Positions 1-16,118 of a DNA stretch of 64,000 bases are shown piece after piece (the first letter of the stretch is position 1; each line of letters begins with the position of its first letter). The DNA comes from the human T2T-CHM13v2.0 reference genome, Homo sapiens, in the NCBI RefSeq assembly GCF_009914755.1, contig NC_060927.1; one strand, 5' to 3'. Position numbers and translations under genes: made by a program. The notes beneath the pieces are model-generated. The model did no database searches. It was not told the origin of the DNA and saw nothing but the letters and a program-made list of their open reading frames with translations.

Positions 1-132
1 GGTGTGCTACACCCATTAACTCGTCATTTACATTAGGTATGTTTCCTAATGCTATCCCTCCCCCCTCCCTCCACCCTACAGCAGGCCCTGGTGTGTGATG
101 TTCCTTTTCCTGTGTCCAACTGTTCTCACTGT

Positions 133-3962
<3,830 letters not shown>

Positions 3963-4025
3963 TATGATGTTAGCTGGTTATTTTGCTGAGTAGTTGATGC
4001 AGTTTCTTCCTAGCCTCGATGGTCT

Positions 4026-5052
4026 TTACAATTTGGCATGTTTTTGCAGTGGCTGGTACCGGTTGTTGCTTTCCATGTTTAGTGCTTTCTTCAGGAGCTC
4101 TTGTAAGGCAGGCCTGGTGGTGAGAAAATCTCTCAGCATTTGCTTGTCTGTAAAGGATTTTATTTCTCCTTCACTTATGAAGCTTAGTTTGGCTGGATAT
4201 GAAATTCTGGATTGAAAATTCTTTGCTTTAAGAATGTTGAATATTGGCCCCCAACTCTCTTCTGGCTTGTAGAGTTTCTGCCGAGAGATCAGCTGTTAGT
4301 CTGATGGGCTTCTCTTAGCAGGTAACCCAACCTTTCTCTCTGGCTGCCCTTAACATTTTTTCCTTCATTTCAACTTTGGTGAATCTGACAATTATGAGTC
4401 TTGGAGTTGCTCTTCTCGAGGAGTATCTTTGTTGCATTCTCTGTATTTCCTGAATTTGAATGTTGGCTTGCCTTGCTAGTTGGGGAAGTTCTCCCAGATA
4501 ATATCCTGCAGAGTGGTTTTCCAACTTGGTTCCATTCTCCCCGTCACTTTCAGGTACACCAATCAGACGTGGATTTGGTCTTTTCACATAGTCCCATATT
4601 CCTTGGAGGCTTTGTTCGTTTCTTTTTACTCTTTTTTCTCTAAACTTCTCTTCTTGCTTCATTTCATTCATCTGATCTTCAGTTACTGATACCCTGTCTT
4701 CCAGTTGATCGAATCGGCTACTGAAGCTTATGCATGCATCAGGTAGTACTCGTGCCATGGTTTTCAGCTCCATCAGGTCATTTAAGGACTTCTCTGCGCT
4801 GTTGATTCTAGTTAGCCATTCATCTAATCTTTTTTCAAGGTTTTTAGCTTCTTTGTGATGGGTTCGGACATCCTTCTTTTGCTCGGAGAGGTTTGTTATT
4901 ACCGATCGTCTGAAGCCTTCTTCTCTCAACTTGTCAAAGTAATTCTCCATCCAGGTTTGTTCCATTGCTGGCGAGGAGCTGCATTCCTTTGAAGGCAAAG
5001 AGGCCCTCTGATTTTTAGAATTTTCAGGTTTTCTGCTCTGCTTTCTCCCCAT
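4026..5052 (-). pseudogene. ORF1: L1 ORF1p (RNA-binding chaperone), disrupted
   Basis: Starts MGRKQSRK, includes a coiled coil and IWDYVKRPN. A short frameshifted stretch lies near 4480-4515, a premature TAA at 4315-4317, and the canonical stop at 4026-4028. Confidence 0.95.
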
Positions 5053-5628
5053 CTTTGTGGTTTTATCTACCTTTGGTCTTTGATGATGGTGACCTACAGA
5101 TGGGATTTTGTTGTGGATGTCCTTTCTGTTTGTTAGTTTTCCTTCAAACAGTCAGGACCCTCAGCTGCAGGTCTGTTGGAGTTTGCTGGAGGTCCACTCC
5201 AGACCCTGTTTGCCTGAGTGTCAGCAGCAGAGGCTGCGGAACAGCAAATACTGCAGAACAGCAAATGTTGCTGCCTGATCGTTCCTCTGGAAGCTTCGTC
5301 TCAGATGGGCACCCGGCCATATGAGGTGTCAGTCGGCCCCTACTGGGAGGTGCCTCCCAGTTAGGCTACTTGGAGGTCAGGGACCCACTTGAGGCGGCAG
5401 TCTGTCCGTTCTCAGATCTCAAACTCCGTGCTGGGAGAACCACTACTCTCTTCAAAGCTGTCAGACAGGGACGTTTAAGTCTGCAGTAGTTTCTGCTGCC
5501 TTTTGTTCAGCTGTGCCATGCCCCGAAGAGTTGGAGTCTACAGAGGCAGGCAGGCCTCCTTGAGCTGCAGTGGGCTCCACCCAGTTTGAGCTTCCTTGCT
5601 GCTTTGTTTACCTACTCAAGCCTCAGCA

Positions 5629-5781
5629 ATGGTGGGTGCCCCTCCCCCAGCCTTGCTGCCACCTTGCAGTTCCATCTCAGACTGCTGTGCTAACAATGAG
5701 CGAGGCTCCGTGGGCATGGGACCCTCCAAGCCACGCGCAGGATATAATTTTGCTAAAACCATTGGAAAAGTGCAGTATTAG
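5629..5781 (+). CDS. ORF0: L1 antisense ORF0 homolog, 50 aa, C-terminally frameshifted
   Basis: MVGAPPPALLPPCSSISDCCANNERGSVGMGPSKPRAGYN matches primate ORF0 (MAGAPPPASLPPCSLISDCCASNQRDSVGVGPSEP...). A small deletion near 5748 shifts the frame. Expression is unknown. Confidence 0.7.
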   Translation: MVGAPPPALLPPCSSISDCCANNERGSVGMGPSKPRAGYNFAKTIGKVQY

Positions 5782-5991
5782 GATGGGAGTCACCCAATTT
5801 TCCAGGTGCCATCTGTCACGGCTTCCCTTGGTGAGGAAAGGGAATTCCCGGACCCCTTGCGCTTCCCGGGTGAGGTGATGCCTCGCTCTGCTTCAGCTCA
5901 TGGTCCATGGGCTGCACCTACTGTCCTGTACCCGCTGTCCGACAATCCCCAGTGAGATGAACCTGGTACCTCAGTTAGAAATGCAGAAATT

Positions 5992-6304
<313 letters not shown>

Positions 6305-6944
6305 TCACCTGTCTTCTGCATTGCTTACACTGGGAGCTGTAGGCTGGAGCTGTTCCTAGTCGGCCATCTTAGAACCTCCCCTAGTTTAGCTTATTATAAT
6401 TAGAAGGTGCCATTTTTTAATAAATTTTTTGTTTGCTGTGTCAGTTTTTATTGGGAGCAAATTACCAAAAAAAAAAAAAAAAAAAAATTCTGTGTTCAAT
6501 TAGTTTACCCTAGCTAGAGGTGCATTATATTTAGCAATGATTTACTTATAACTGTTGTGTGGGAGAATATCCTAATCAGTTTTTGGAAAAGGCTAAGTAT
6601 ACCTATATTATTCTACATGTGTTGTTATTTTAGCATTTATATTTCTTTTGATTGAGATTTTGTTTCATCACCCTGGGGCACAAGATAGCTCAAGAAGACA
6701 GATGTGCTCAAATTATGCAACAGACTTATCTAAACAGCTCATGGGTCTTCCAAGTTCCTGATGAAAATTAGAATTGAATCATAATGCTAAGTGTCTCACA
6801 TATCCACCCTTTAGACTTGATCATCTTGTGAAGTAAATGGAGCATTGCATCCAGTATGTGGTACACTTCAAGAAAAAAAAATATTCACCTAGCCTTTTTG
6901 TGGTCTAAGACTCTATCATTTAAAAACTTTAAACAAGTATATAA

Positions 6945-7330
6945 TGAAGTATATTCAGAGATATTCATTGTAGCTTTGTTTGTAATATGAAAAAATCATG
7001 AATAATCTAATATTCTATCAGTAGAGGAAAGGTTCTAAAAGGTATGGGCCGCACCTGTACTAGAATATTATAACCCCATTAAAAATAAGATAGGCCAATA
7101 TATTCTGTTATGAAGAGATGTGTGTGTCCGTGAGAAAAGCAGCATATAGAACAATATGCATATTGTGATTATTTTCATTTCATAAATGCATTGAAAAAAT
7201 GTACTTCTTTTTTATATGTACGTGTATGTAGGTAAATGCAAAGAATAAGTTTTGAAGCAAAATTATCTTCCTTTATGGAGGAGAATGGGATAGGGCACAT
7301 TGAAAAGGTGCTTTTGATACAAACATCTCC
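6945..7330 (+). mobile_element. Old L1M (L1ME-like) 3' fragment
   Basis: Degenerate match to the L1 ORF2 end (atattcattgtagctttgtttgtaat...gaatattataaccccattaaaaa). Confidence 0.55.
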
Positions 7331-8428
7331 ACTTTTCAGTTTTGCAAAAGTGATGCATTAGACTGAATTTTGTCTAATTGTGTGTAATTGACTTTTTTTA
7401 AAGAAGAAATTCCGTGGAATAGATAAGAGGAACCATAATTAATCCAATCAACTCAGAGGGATTGAACACATGTTATGTGTCAGTCACTATGCTTGCCGCT
7501 GAGGACACAGTAGAGAGCAAAGAAACATGCTGGCCCTGACCTCAGGGATATAGAAACTATAGGAAATTGTATAAGTGTGCAAATTTATTATTATGTAGGA
7601 AAAGTACAGGAAATTAGAAAATCTTACAGTTTTCTGGTCAGTGAAGTTTTCCTGAGGAAGGAATTTTTGCACCAACAACTGGAGCCTGAATCAAGGTTAA
7701 CTATACAAGGAGGTTATTTATGAAGTCAAAACAATTGAAACACTAAAGAGAGAGTTGGGTGAATAAACATATAGAGTATACCTGAGTTAAGTGGAAATTT
7801 TAAGAAATAGGCCAGATTATCTCATCTATCTTATTGAATTCAACTAATCTGTAATGCCCTGCAAATCGCAAACCATCCAAAAAGATGGGTCACTGTAACT
7901 CTCACTGCACAAACAATGAGCCAGGTAATATTGAAGCCAGAATATTTTTGTTTCTTCATTTTTGATTTACTTACGTAGAAGTGGCCCAAGTGAGTTTCAA
8001 CTCACCATCACCCACATTATTTGAGTAACTAAACATCTGCCATTGCCCAAGCCATACCCAAATATCACCTGAACTAACTCTCCCTTTCTCCCTTCCATCA
8101 CTGTGCTTATGCATTCATGTGTCCAATAAAATATTTATGGAACGTTTTGTATATGCTAGATGTTGGGGAAAGCAAACGTGGTCCTTACTCTATAAATGTG
8201 TATTCTGTTGGAAGAAACAGACAAAAATTAATAGTCACAAAAAGTGATTAATGTTATGAATTAAATGATTGAGGTGCCAAGATAGAGAATAAAGAAGAGG
8301 GCTTATTTTAGTTGTTTTTTTCAGTGAAGGTCTCTGAGGAAGTAGCACTGAGCTGAGACTTCAGCATTAGAAAGAGCCAGATATGACAGCATTTCTCCCC
8401 CTTTTTAAAGCCAAATAGTATTCCACCC

Positions 8429-8542
8429 TGTGTGTGTGTGTATGTGTGTGTGTGCGTGTGTGTATGTGTGTATATATATGTGTGTGTATGTATGTGTATA
8501 TATATGTGTGTGTATATATATGTGTGTGTATGTATATATATA
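8429..8542. repeat. Compound (TG)n/(TA)n microsatellite inside L1
   Basis: About 114 bp of alternating purine-pyrimidine sequence. Confidence 0.95.
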
Positions 8543-8664
8543 CCACATTTGCTTTATCCATTTATGTGATAATGGACACCAAGATTGCTTTCATATTTTA
8601 GCTCTTGTGAATAATGCTGCTGCAGTGAACGTGGTAGTGCAGATATGTCTGGCACACTAACTGC

Positions 8665-8972
8665 TTTTTTTTTTTTTTTTGATACGGTCTCACTCTGTCA
8701 CCTAGGCTGGAGTGCAGTGGTGAGCTCTTGGTTCACTGCAGCATCCACAGCTCAGGCTTGAGTGATCTCACCTCAGCTTCCCAAGTAGCTGGATTACAGG
8801 TGCACACCACCACACCCAGCTCATTTGTTTTTTTGTTTGTTTGTTTGTTTGTTTAGTTAAGATGGGGTTTTGCCGTGTTGCTCAAGTTGGTCTGGAACTC
8901 CTGGGCTCAAGCAATCCACCCACCTCAGCCACATAAAGTGCTGGATTATAGGCATGAGCCACAGTGCCCAGC
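8665..8972 (-). mobile_element. AluJ with linker expanded to (TTTG)n
   Basis: J-type CTCCTGGGCTCAAGCAATCC, T tail at 8665-8680, TSD core CACACTAA at 8653-8660 and 8977-8984. Confidence 0.9.
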
Positions 8973-11062
8973 AAAACACACTAATTTCAATTACTTTGGA
9001 CATATACCCAGAAGTGAAATTATTAGAATCATATAGTAATTCTATTTTTAGTTTTCTAAGGAACTGCCATACTGTTTTCTGTATTGGCTTACTAATCTAC
9101 ATTCCCATGAATAGTGCACAATGGTTTCCCTTTCTCCACACCTTTGCCAACACTTCCTTTGTCTCTTCCATAATTGTTCTAACAGATATCAGGTGATAGC
9201 TCATTGTGGTTTTAATTTGTGTTTCCCTGATTATCGGTGATGATGAGCATGTTTGCATAAACCTATTGGCCATTTGTATGTCTACTTTAGAGAAGTGTCT
9301 ATTTAGGTGGCTCATTTTTTTATTAGGTTATTTGTGGGTTTTTTTTGCTGTTGAGTTTCATATATATTTTGGATATTAGCCCTTTATTAGATGTATGGCT
9401 TACAAATATTTTCCCCCAATCTGTGGTTGTCTCTTTATTAGTTGTTTCTTTGGCTGTACAGAAGCTTTTTAGTTTGATGCAGTCCCATTTCTTTATTTTT
9501 GGTTTTGTTGCCTGCGCTTTTGGGGTCATATCTAAGAAATCTTTGCCCAGACCAATGTTGCGGAGCATTTCCTGTATGTTTTCTTCTAGTAGTTTTGTAG
9601 TTTTCGGTGTTATATTCAAGTCTTTAATCCATTTTGAGTTGATCTATGTTTACGATGTGAGGTAAGTTTCCAATTTCATTCTACTTGCGAGTGTCTTGCC
9701 AGTTGCCACAACATGGATGAACTTGGAGGACATTATGCCAATTGAAATAAGCCAGGCGCAGAAGGACAAATACCATATGATTTGACTTGCATGTGGAATT
9801 TTACAAAGTTGAACTCATAGAAGTAGAGAGTGATGGTTACCAGAGGCTGGGGGAGGGATTGGATAGGGAAAGGGGAAATGTTGATCAAAGGGTGCAAAGT
9901 TTAATTTAGACAGGAGGAATAAGCTTTGGTGATCTATTGCACAAAGTGATGACTATAATAAATAATAATGCATTACATACTTCAAAATTGCTGAGTAAAT
10001 TTTAAATGTTTTGCCATAAAAAATTAAAAGTATGTGAAGTGATGAATTTGTTCATTAGCCTGATTTAATCATTTCACATTGTAAACATATTTGATAACTT
10101 CACATTGTACCCCACAAACATGTATAATTATTAGTTGTCAGTTACAAATAAAATTTAAAAGAATTGAACAAATAAAATGTAAAAATATATCTGTTTAAAA
10201 ACAAAAAAGAAAGAAAGACTCTACAAGAAGAGTAAAGGGAAGGGCATGTGCAAAAGTCTTGAGCTAGGAAAGAATTTGGGACATTCAGCCACTGAAACAA
10301 GGAGAATGTAAATGGAGAAGCATAGCTTCAGTTGAACAAAGATTGTAGTCCCAGATTGGTGCAGCATCTGAGGGGAAAACAATGAAGGCACAGCCCTTAT
10401 TGAGACAGTGAAAGATTAGAGTTTGTTTTGTAATTTCCGGGGCTGGCACTGTTTTTCTTGGAATCATTGAATCTTAGGTGTGGAAGACTCTAAAAGGTGA
10501 TGTAATTAGGTCATTTTCCCTGTTGCAGGCACTTTATATTGGAGGTGTGAGTAGCTAAAGTTCTCTATGACTACAATTTTTTTCCACACCTTGGAGCCGT
10601 TTTTGTGACAGACTCAAAGACCTATCATCCATTTCTTCCACGAAGGCAATATTGAATATATTTGGAGCATCACTCCTGCCTCTTCCTATATGCTGTTAAT
10701 TCATGTCGCCAACGTCCTAAATGAAAGTCTTCTTCATATCCAAAGAATCTTGGCAATAGGAAGCATTTAAAGTCGTCATTATTTTAAGTGAAGCTCTCTT
10801 AAACTCTGAGACAGAGGAGAATAATTCTCTTATACCACAAGAAGGGCTTTTTCAAATGGTCCCCCATGAAATCTATTTCTGTGTCTTTCCAAAATATGTG
10901 AAGCAGAGAGTTGAGCCAATTATCTAAATCATTTAAGTCAAAGAGCTTAATACTAAAGTGAATATCCTGAATTATTCCCATGATTGTGTGTATTATTAAA
11001 CACCATTAATTCTACCAATTAATTACCAATTCATAAACTTCTAAAAAACTTAAATATAAATA

Positions 11063-11377
11063 CAGTCATCCCTTAGTGTCTGCGAGGAATTGCTTCCAGG
11101 ACCTCCCTTATATACCAACATCCATGGATGCTCAAGTCCCTTATATAAAATGGCATAGTATTTGGACATAACCAATGCGCATTCTCCTGTATACCTTAAA
11201 TCACCTCTGGATTACTTATAATACCTAATACAGTGTAATTCTATGTAAATAGTTGTTGTACCATTTAGGGAATAATGATGAGGGGGAAATGTCTGTACAT
11301 GTTCAGTACAGACACAACCATCCAACTTTTTCCAAATATTTTTGATCTGCAGTTGGTTATTAGGGAGAGGCCAACTG
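11063..11377 (+). mobile_element. MER2 (TcMar-Tigger non-autonomous DNA transposon)
   Basis: CAGTCATCCC...CCAACTG termini, TA TSDs at 11061-62 and 11378-79, internal GATGCTCAAGTCCCTTATATAAAATGG; the right TIR is partly deleted. Confidence 0.9.
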
Positions 11378-12004
11378 TATAAGCTGTATACAATCTGTAA
11401 TAGTGACCCTGGCAGCCTGTTTCAGCAAGGCTTCTCAGTTGACCTGCAGAACACAGGAAATTATTTTAGTTACTCATCTTCTTAGTTCTCCCAAAAAATG
11501 CTAATGCTGTTCTGTTAGTATTTTAGGTGCATAAGAGAAGCAGATAATCTGTTACATACAAGGGATGTTCCTCTATTTAGAAAGCCCACTTAAGAAAGGC
11601 TGGTAGGTTATTTAAAAATAAAACCTAGACATAAATACATGCCTACATGCAATCTGTACAAATTCTACAGAAATCATTTTATATCTATTTACTCTTATTT
11701 TCTTCCCACAGAACGTGGAGCACTACTATGATTTCTATTCCCTTGTAATTAATTTCTGGTTGTCGACTTAAACTGTGCCTTTATTGGCAAAGTAAAGTGT
11801 TAAGGCAATTGAAGAGACAATGCAGGTCAAAAAACTGTTTATATCTCTATTAGAGGCAAAAGCTAGACCCTTAGTAAATGTCTGTTGAGTGAAGTTGAAT
11901 TGAATTAGTTTGAGTTGAATTGAATTGAATTGCTTTGAGAGAGCAGTAGCTGGAGCCAATTATGACTTTATCCTTTGGCCAGTATTTTCAGCTGAATGTT
12001 TCAA

Positions 12005-12330
12005 CAATTATTCATTCAACCAACATTTTTATTGAGTGCATACCTATTATGAGCCAGGCAAAAATGTGGTTCAGGGTTGTAGATTCAAAGATTAAATAAA
12101 CAAGGTCCCTAGCTTATTATTACTCAAGATGTACAAAGGAAGATAATGCCATCCATGTGTAAAAGTAAAGAGTTGTAGGCATCTCTCACAAGCATAAGTA
12201 AATGAGACAGGAAAGGCAGTGAGTGCTATAGGAGAAGGCATTCTGAAGGACTCAGCAACTGATTAGAGTCTCAAGGTATGACCTTCCTAATCAGATGAGG
12301 AAGGACGTATAATTGCCATTTAGTAGGCAA
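12005..12330 (-). mobile_element. L2 3' fragment
   Basis: ttcattcaaccaacatttttattgagtgc...tgagccaggca is the reverse-complemented L2 tail. Confidence 0.6.
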
Positions 12331-12606
12331 GAGATAATGTTAGTATTTTCTCTTAGGTGTTTTTTAAGCTTTTAATTATTTTATTGAATCTTTCTGGAAT
12401 CACTCTCTTTTGGCCTTTGGTGTTGTGGATGTGGAAATAGGGTGTTAGAAAGGAATCCTTTGTGATTTTAATGTTTGGTTGGGATGTTAACTGCAAATTA
12501 TGCCATCAACTCTGACAGCTATTTTATATATATTCATTCTCACTACAGTTTTTAATCTCTGATCTGCAGTTTAATGTCTCTTATATCTTTTATTTTAAGC
12601 AACTTC

Positions 12607-12717
12607 ATATATTTCCTTCAAATATATATGAAATATATGTATATATTTTCTTCAAATATATATGAAATATATGTATATATTTTCTTCAAATATATATGAA
12701 ATATATGTATATATTTT
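12607..12717. repeat. 34-bp AT-rich minisatellite, ~3.3 copies
   Basis: Unit ATATATTTTCTTCAAATATATATGAAATATATGT starts at 12607, 12641 and 12675, with a partial copy at 12709; one mismatch among full copies. Confidence 0.93.
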
Positions 12718-14071
12718 ATAAATAGATATGGAGGTAAATTGGTAGATTGAAAATAAAATATATGTATTAAGTTGAGAATATACCTTAGAACTATACTTTC
12801 TTTCTTTTGGGAATTGGCTAGTTGATTTTTCTGATCGGTTTTTTTCTTTAGAGTATAGAATGGTGGACTTGGAGTTTATAGGTCCTTAGATAAAATGTTT
12901 ACTTTGTGTATAGATTGCTTGAGACAGATTGTGTTAAGTGTTTCTTCATCTTGAACTTTTTTTCTGCTTTCTACCCATTTTTATGCCAGTGGATCCTGTT
13001 CATTGCCAAAGTGCTCAGACACATTTAAGAACTGTATATTCCTCAGTCTCAATTCTAGCGAGTAAAGGGAAGACTCTAATAATTACATCTGTTTAGTTGA
13101 CACTTTCATAGGTTTTTCCCTCTCTCGGAATGCTTTAGAAGAAAAGTTTTTATAAAGAAACCTACTCCATTAGTGTCCCTTAAAATACTGTATAATAAAA
13201 TAATATCTATTAAGAGACTCAGTTATCTTAATTTTCTTCTTGCCATGTGATGAATGACAGATTTTTACTGCCGTAAATGTGCATTTTATGTAAAGCCCTT
13301 TATATTGTGAAATTTAAAACATATAATTTCAAATAATCAAACCCCATATTTCTAAATTCCTATATTTTATTCCAGAAAACTAGCTACTTAAAAGCAATTG
13401 AAAAAAGAAAAACCCTAGCATAAGTTCTAAAAATTTTAACATGCAAAAGTATCCTTTCTATATTGATTAAAAGATAGATATACAAACTCACTCTCAACCA
13501 TTCTGATGGAAAAACCCTGGCCTGGGCTCTGAAGCCATTTTTTAAATGGAAATCATGAATGATTATGATTCAGGTGGCTTCTAGTACACACTTTGAAAAA
13601 CTCTGAAGCGTGAAGCGTAATCGCCAATATCTTTGAAGATTCATGACATTTATATTGGCAAGGAGGAAAGGGGCACATGGTGAGCTGAGGGAGAGTTCGT
13701 GTAGATGTCTGGGGGTAATGGCTTGCCTACTTTACCAGTTAAGGCATACATCTTGAAAATAAATCAGCATTCAATGGGGTCTTTGCAGTCTTTGATGTCT
13801 CAGTATTAATAGATCCATTCCCAGCATCAAAATTGGTACTGCATTATATTTTAAGCCTATGAGGGGATGCCCTGCCTCCAGCCAGAGTGGTTTTGCCTAC
13901 CTTACCTTCTAATTTTTTAATTCCACTTCTTTTCACTTATGTTTCTATTGACCTCCGCAAGGTCATAGACTTTCTACTCTTTCTTAACAGTTTGTTCCCT
14001 TTCGCCCTTTATTTCTTTCACCAGTTCTTTAAAAGCGTTCAGCATTGTAGAATTTTCAGGATATTCCTTTA

Positions 14072-14410
<339 letters not shown>

Positions 14411-14744
14411 TCATTTACTTATTTGTTTGTTTACTTTGTAGCAGGCCCAAACAATGTCTTTTACTCACACTTCCTATTCACAATTGTTTGCCAAGATAAG
14501 AAATAACAGGCAGAAAGTCATGACTCAGTACAGTTAATGATATTCCAAAAGATGCTCAGCTCACATATGGTGGTGGATCTCCCACTGGCTTGGCAGGTGC
14601 GGTAATGGCAGGCTAAAGAATGTGGACCACGGTCTGGAGTCTGGTTCTCAAGTGGGCAATGAGTTTTAAACAGGATATGAAGCCATTTCTGATTGACTGA
14701 TCTGATTAACATCTGCAGCAGTGTTTCTCCAGGTATGATTCACA

Positions 14745-14874
14745 GAGACGATAAAGATATACTGTATCTTCAATTCTACTTTTTAGAGAGAAAGGGGCCA
14801 CTAGCTGGATGAACACTGGGACAGCAAGTGCAAACTAGGATAGTCCAGGCTAGACTGTGGCCATGGTCACCCTG
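14745..14874. mobile_element. MER94-like (hAT-Blackjack) element, nested in a degraded MER5-like element (~14718-14970)
   Basis: actttttagagagaaaggggcc...gggacagcaagtgcaaactaggatagtccaggc...TGGTCACCCTG terminus. Confidence 0.6.
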
Positions 14875-15036
14875 CTTCTCAACTACCATACCTAGAATCA
14901 TGGGAAATGTTTGTTAAAATTGGAGATCCTTAAGGATTACTTTAAGATGTCTGAAATTCAAATGGGAATCTGCAGTGCTTCCTGTTTCTGGGAAATTAAA
15001 ACAAAGATAACTTTTATATTAGAGCATTAGGACATT

Positions 15037-15218
15037 AGATGTTTCAAAGTGTGGGCTCCTGACCAACAAATCCACACCACCTGATAACTTGTAAGAAATG
15101 CAGATCCCTAGGCCTCACCCCAGACCTACTGAACTAGAAGCTGGGATGGGGCCAGGATATCTGTTTTAAGACTTTCCAATTTATTATTTTGATGCATACT
15201 GAAGTTTGAGAACCATTG
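15037..15218. mobile_element. MER5A (hAT-Charlie)
   Basis: aagaaatgcagatccctaggcctcaccccagacctactgaa...aagtttgagaaccattg. Confidence 0.8.
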
Positions 15219-15454
15219 TTCTGTTGGATCTGGCAAACCAGTGTCTTTTTACTTTATTTTATTTTTTTTTACTTGGTATCATAATAATATGATTTTTAAA
15301 AATCTGGATGTTCTTCCCACTAGCATTTCCTCATGTCAGTGATGATCGAATTTTAACCATCATTGAAAGAACTATAGAGAGATAGCTATAAGGAGATATG
15401 AAGATATGAATGTTCCACCTTAGCTTGAATTGTGGTCATCTGAAGTACCTGTGT

Positions 15455-15518
15455 TCCTCTCTCTTTCTGTCTCTGTATGTGTGTGTGTGCGCGCGTGCTT
15501 GTGTGTGTGTCTGTATCT
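15455..15518. repeat. (CT)/(TG)/(CG) compound microsatellite
   Basis: ctctctct...gtgtgtgtgtgcgcgcgtgcttgtgtgtgtgt. Confidence 0.8.
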
Positions 15519-15994
15519 GATTCTAAAATGGAGGAAGAAGACAAGTCTAGTGGCTTGGATAGCTAAGGGAAAGGAGTGAAAGGAATTATGGAGAAGAGAA
15601 GAGCAATAAAACAGAGACAAACATTGAAGCAGTTGTCTTCTTAGAGGGCCTGGTTGTGATCCTCCATTTCCAGTGCCCGAGGCATTCAGCTCTGCAGTGA
15701 ACACCAAGATGGTCAAGTTCACCAGATTTTTAGCTCAACACTCTGACCATTTTAAAAGCAGTGCCTTTTGAAAAAAAATCTTTGGGAGTAAATTTTTTAG
15801 TTTTAGCCTTAGGAGTGTCAAAACTAGTGCTAGCAAAAGCCTCTGGCAATAAGTAAATGAGATTAACAAAGCCAAGGGAACTGCACAGAAGTGTTACAAA
15901 CCTGAAGAGCAGTTTTCTTTTTCTTCCATAAATATTATATTTGTAAGGATATGCTTGGCATTCAGTCATTTGTCCACTGTCCAGATCACTTTTT

Positions 15995-16118
15995 TTAAAA
16001 AATTATTATTATACTTTAAGTTTTAGGGTACATGTGCACAACGTGCAGGTTAGTTACATATGTATACCATGAAACTGGAAATCATCATTCTCAGTAAACT
16101 ATCGCAAGGACAAAAAAA
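15995..16118 (-). mobile_element. 124-bp 5'-truncated and inverted young L1 (L1PA3-like)
   Basis: Perfect 14-bp TSD CCAGATCACTTTTT at 15981-15994 and 16119-16132. The L1 3' terminus lies on minus (15995-16067) and an ORF2-end piece on plus (16068-16118). Confidence 0.93.

Larger units (their letters stand above)
8383..10215. mobile_element. L1MA-type insertion with 5' inversion (minus 8383-~9695, plus ~9695-10215)
   Basis: Minus ORFs 9097-9619 encode the ORF2 C-terminus ([17 protein letters not shown]). The plus segment carries the ORF2 end, an L1MA 3'UTR and an A-rich tail. Confidence 0.85.
8110..10430 (-). mobile_element. L2 fragment split by the L1MA insertion (L2 parts ~8110-8382 and ~10215-10430)
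   Basis: L2 reverse motifs (aataaaatatttatggaac; gaaggtctctgaggaagtagcactgagctgagac) resume after the L1 as gggcatgtgcaaaagtcttgagctaggaaagaatttgg. Confidence 0.65.

Noticed and set aside
6467-6487. Isolated A21 run as a possible retrocopy tail
   Set aside because: No flanking TSD and no recognisable upstream transcript.
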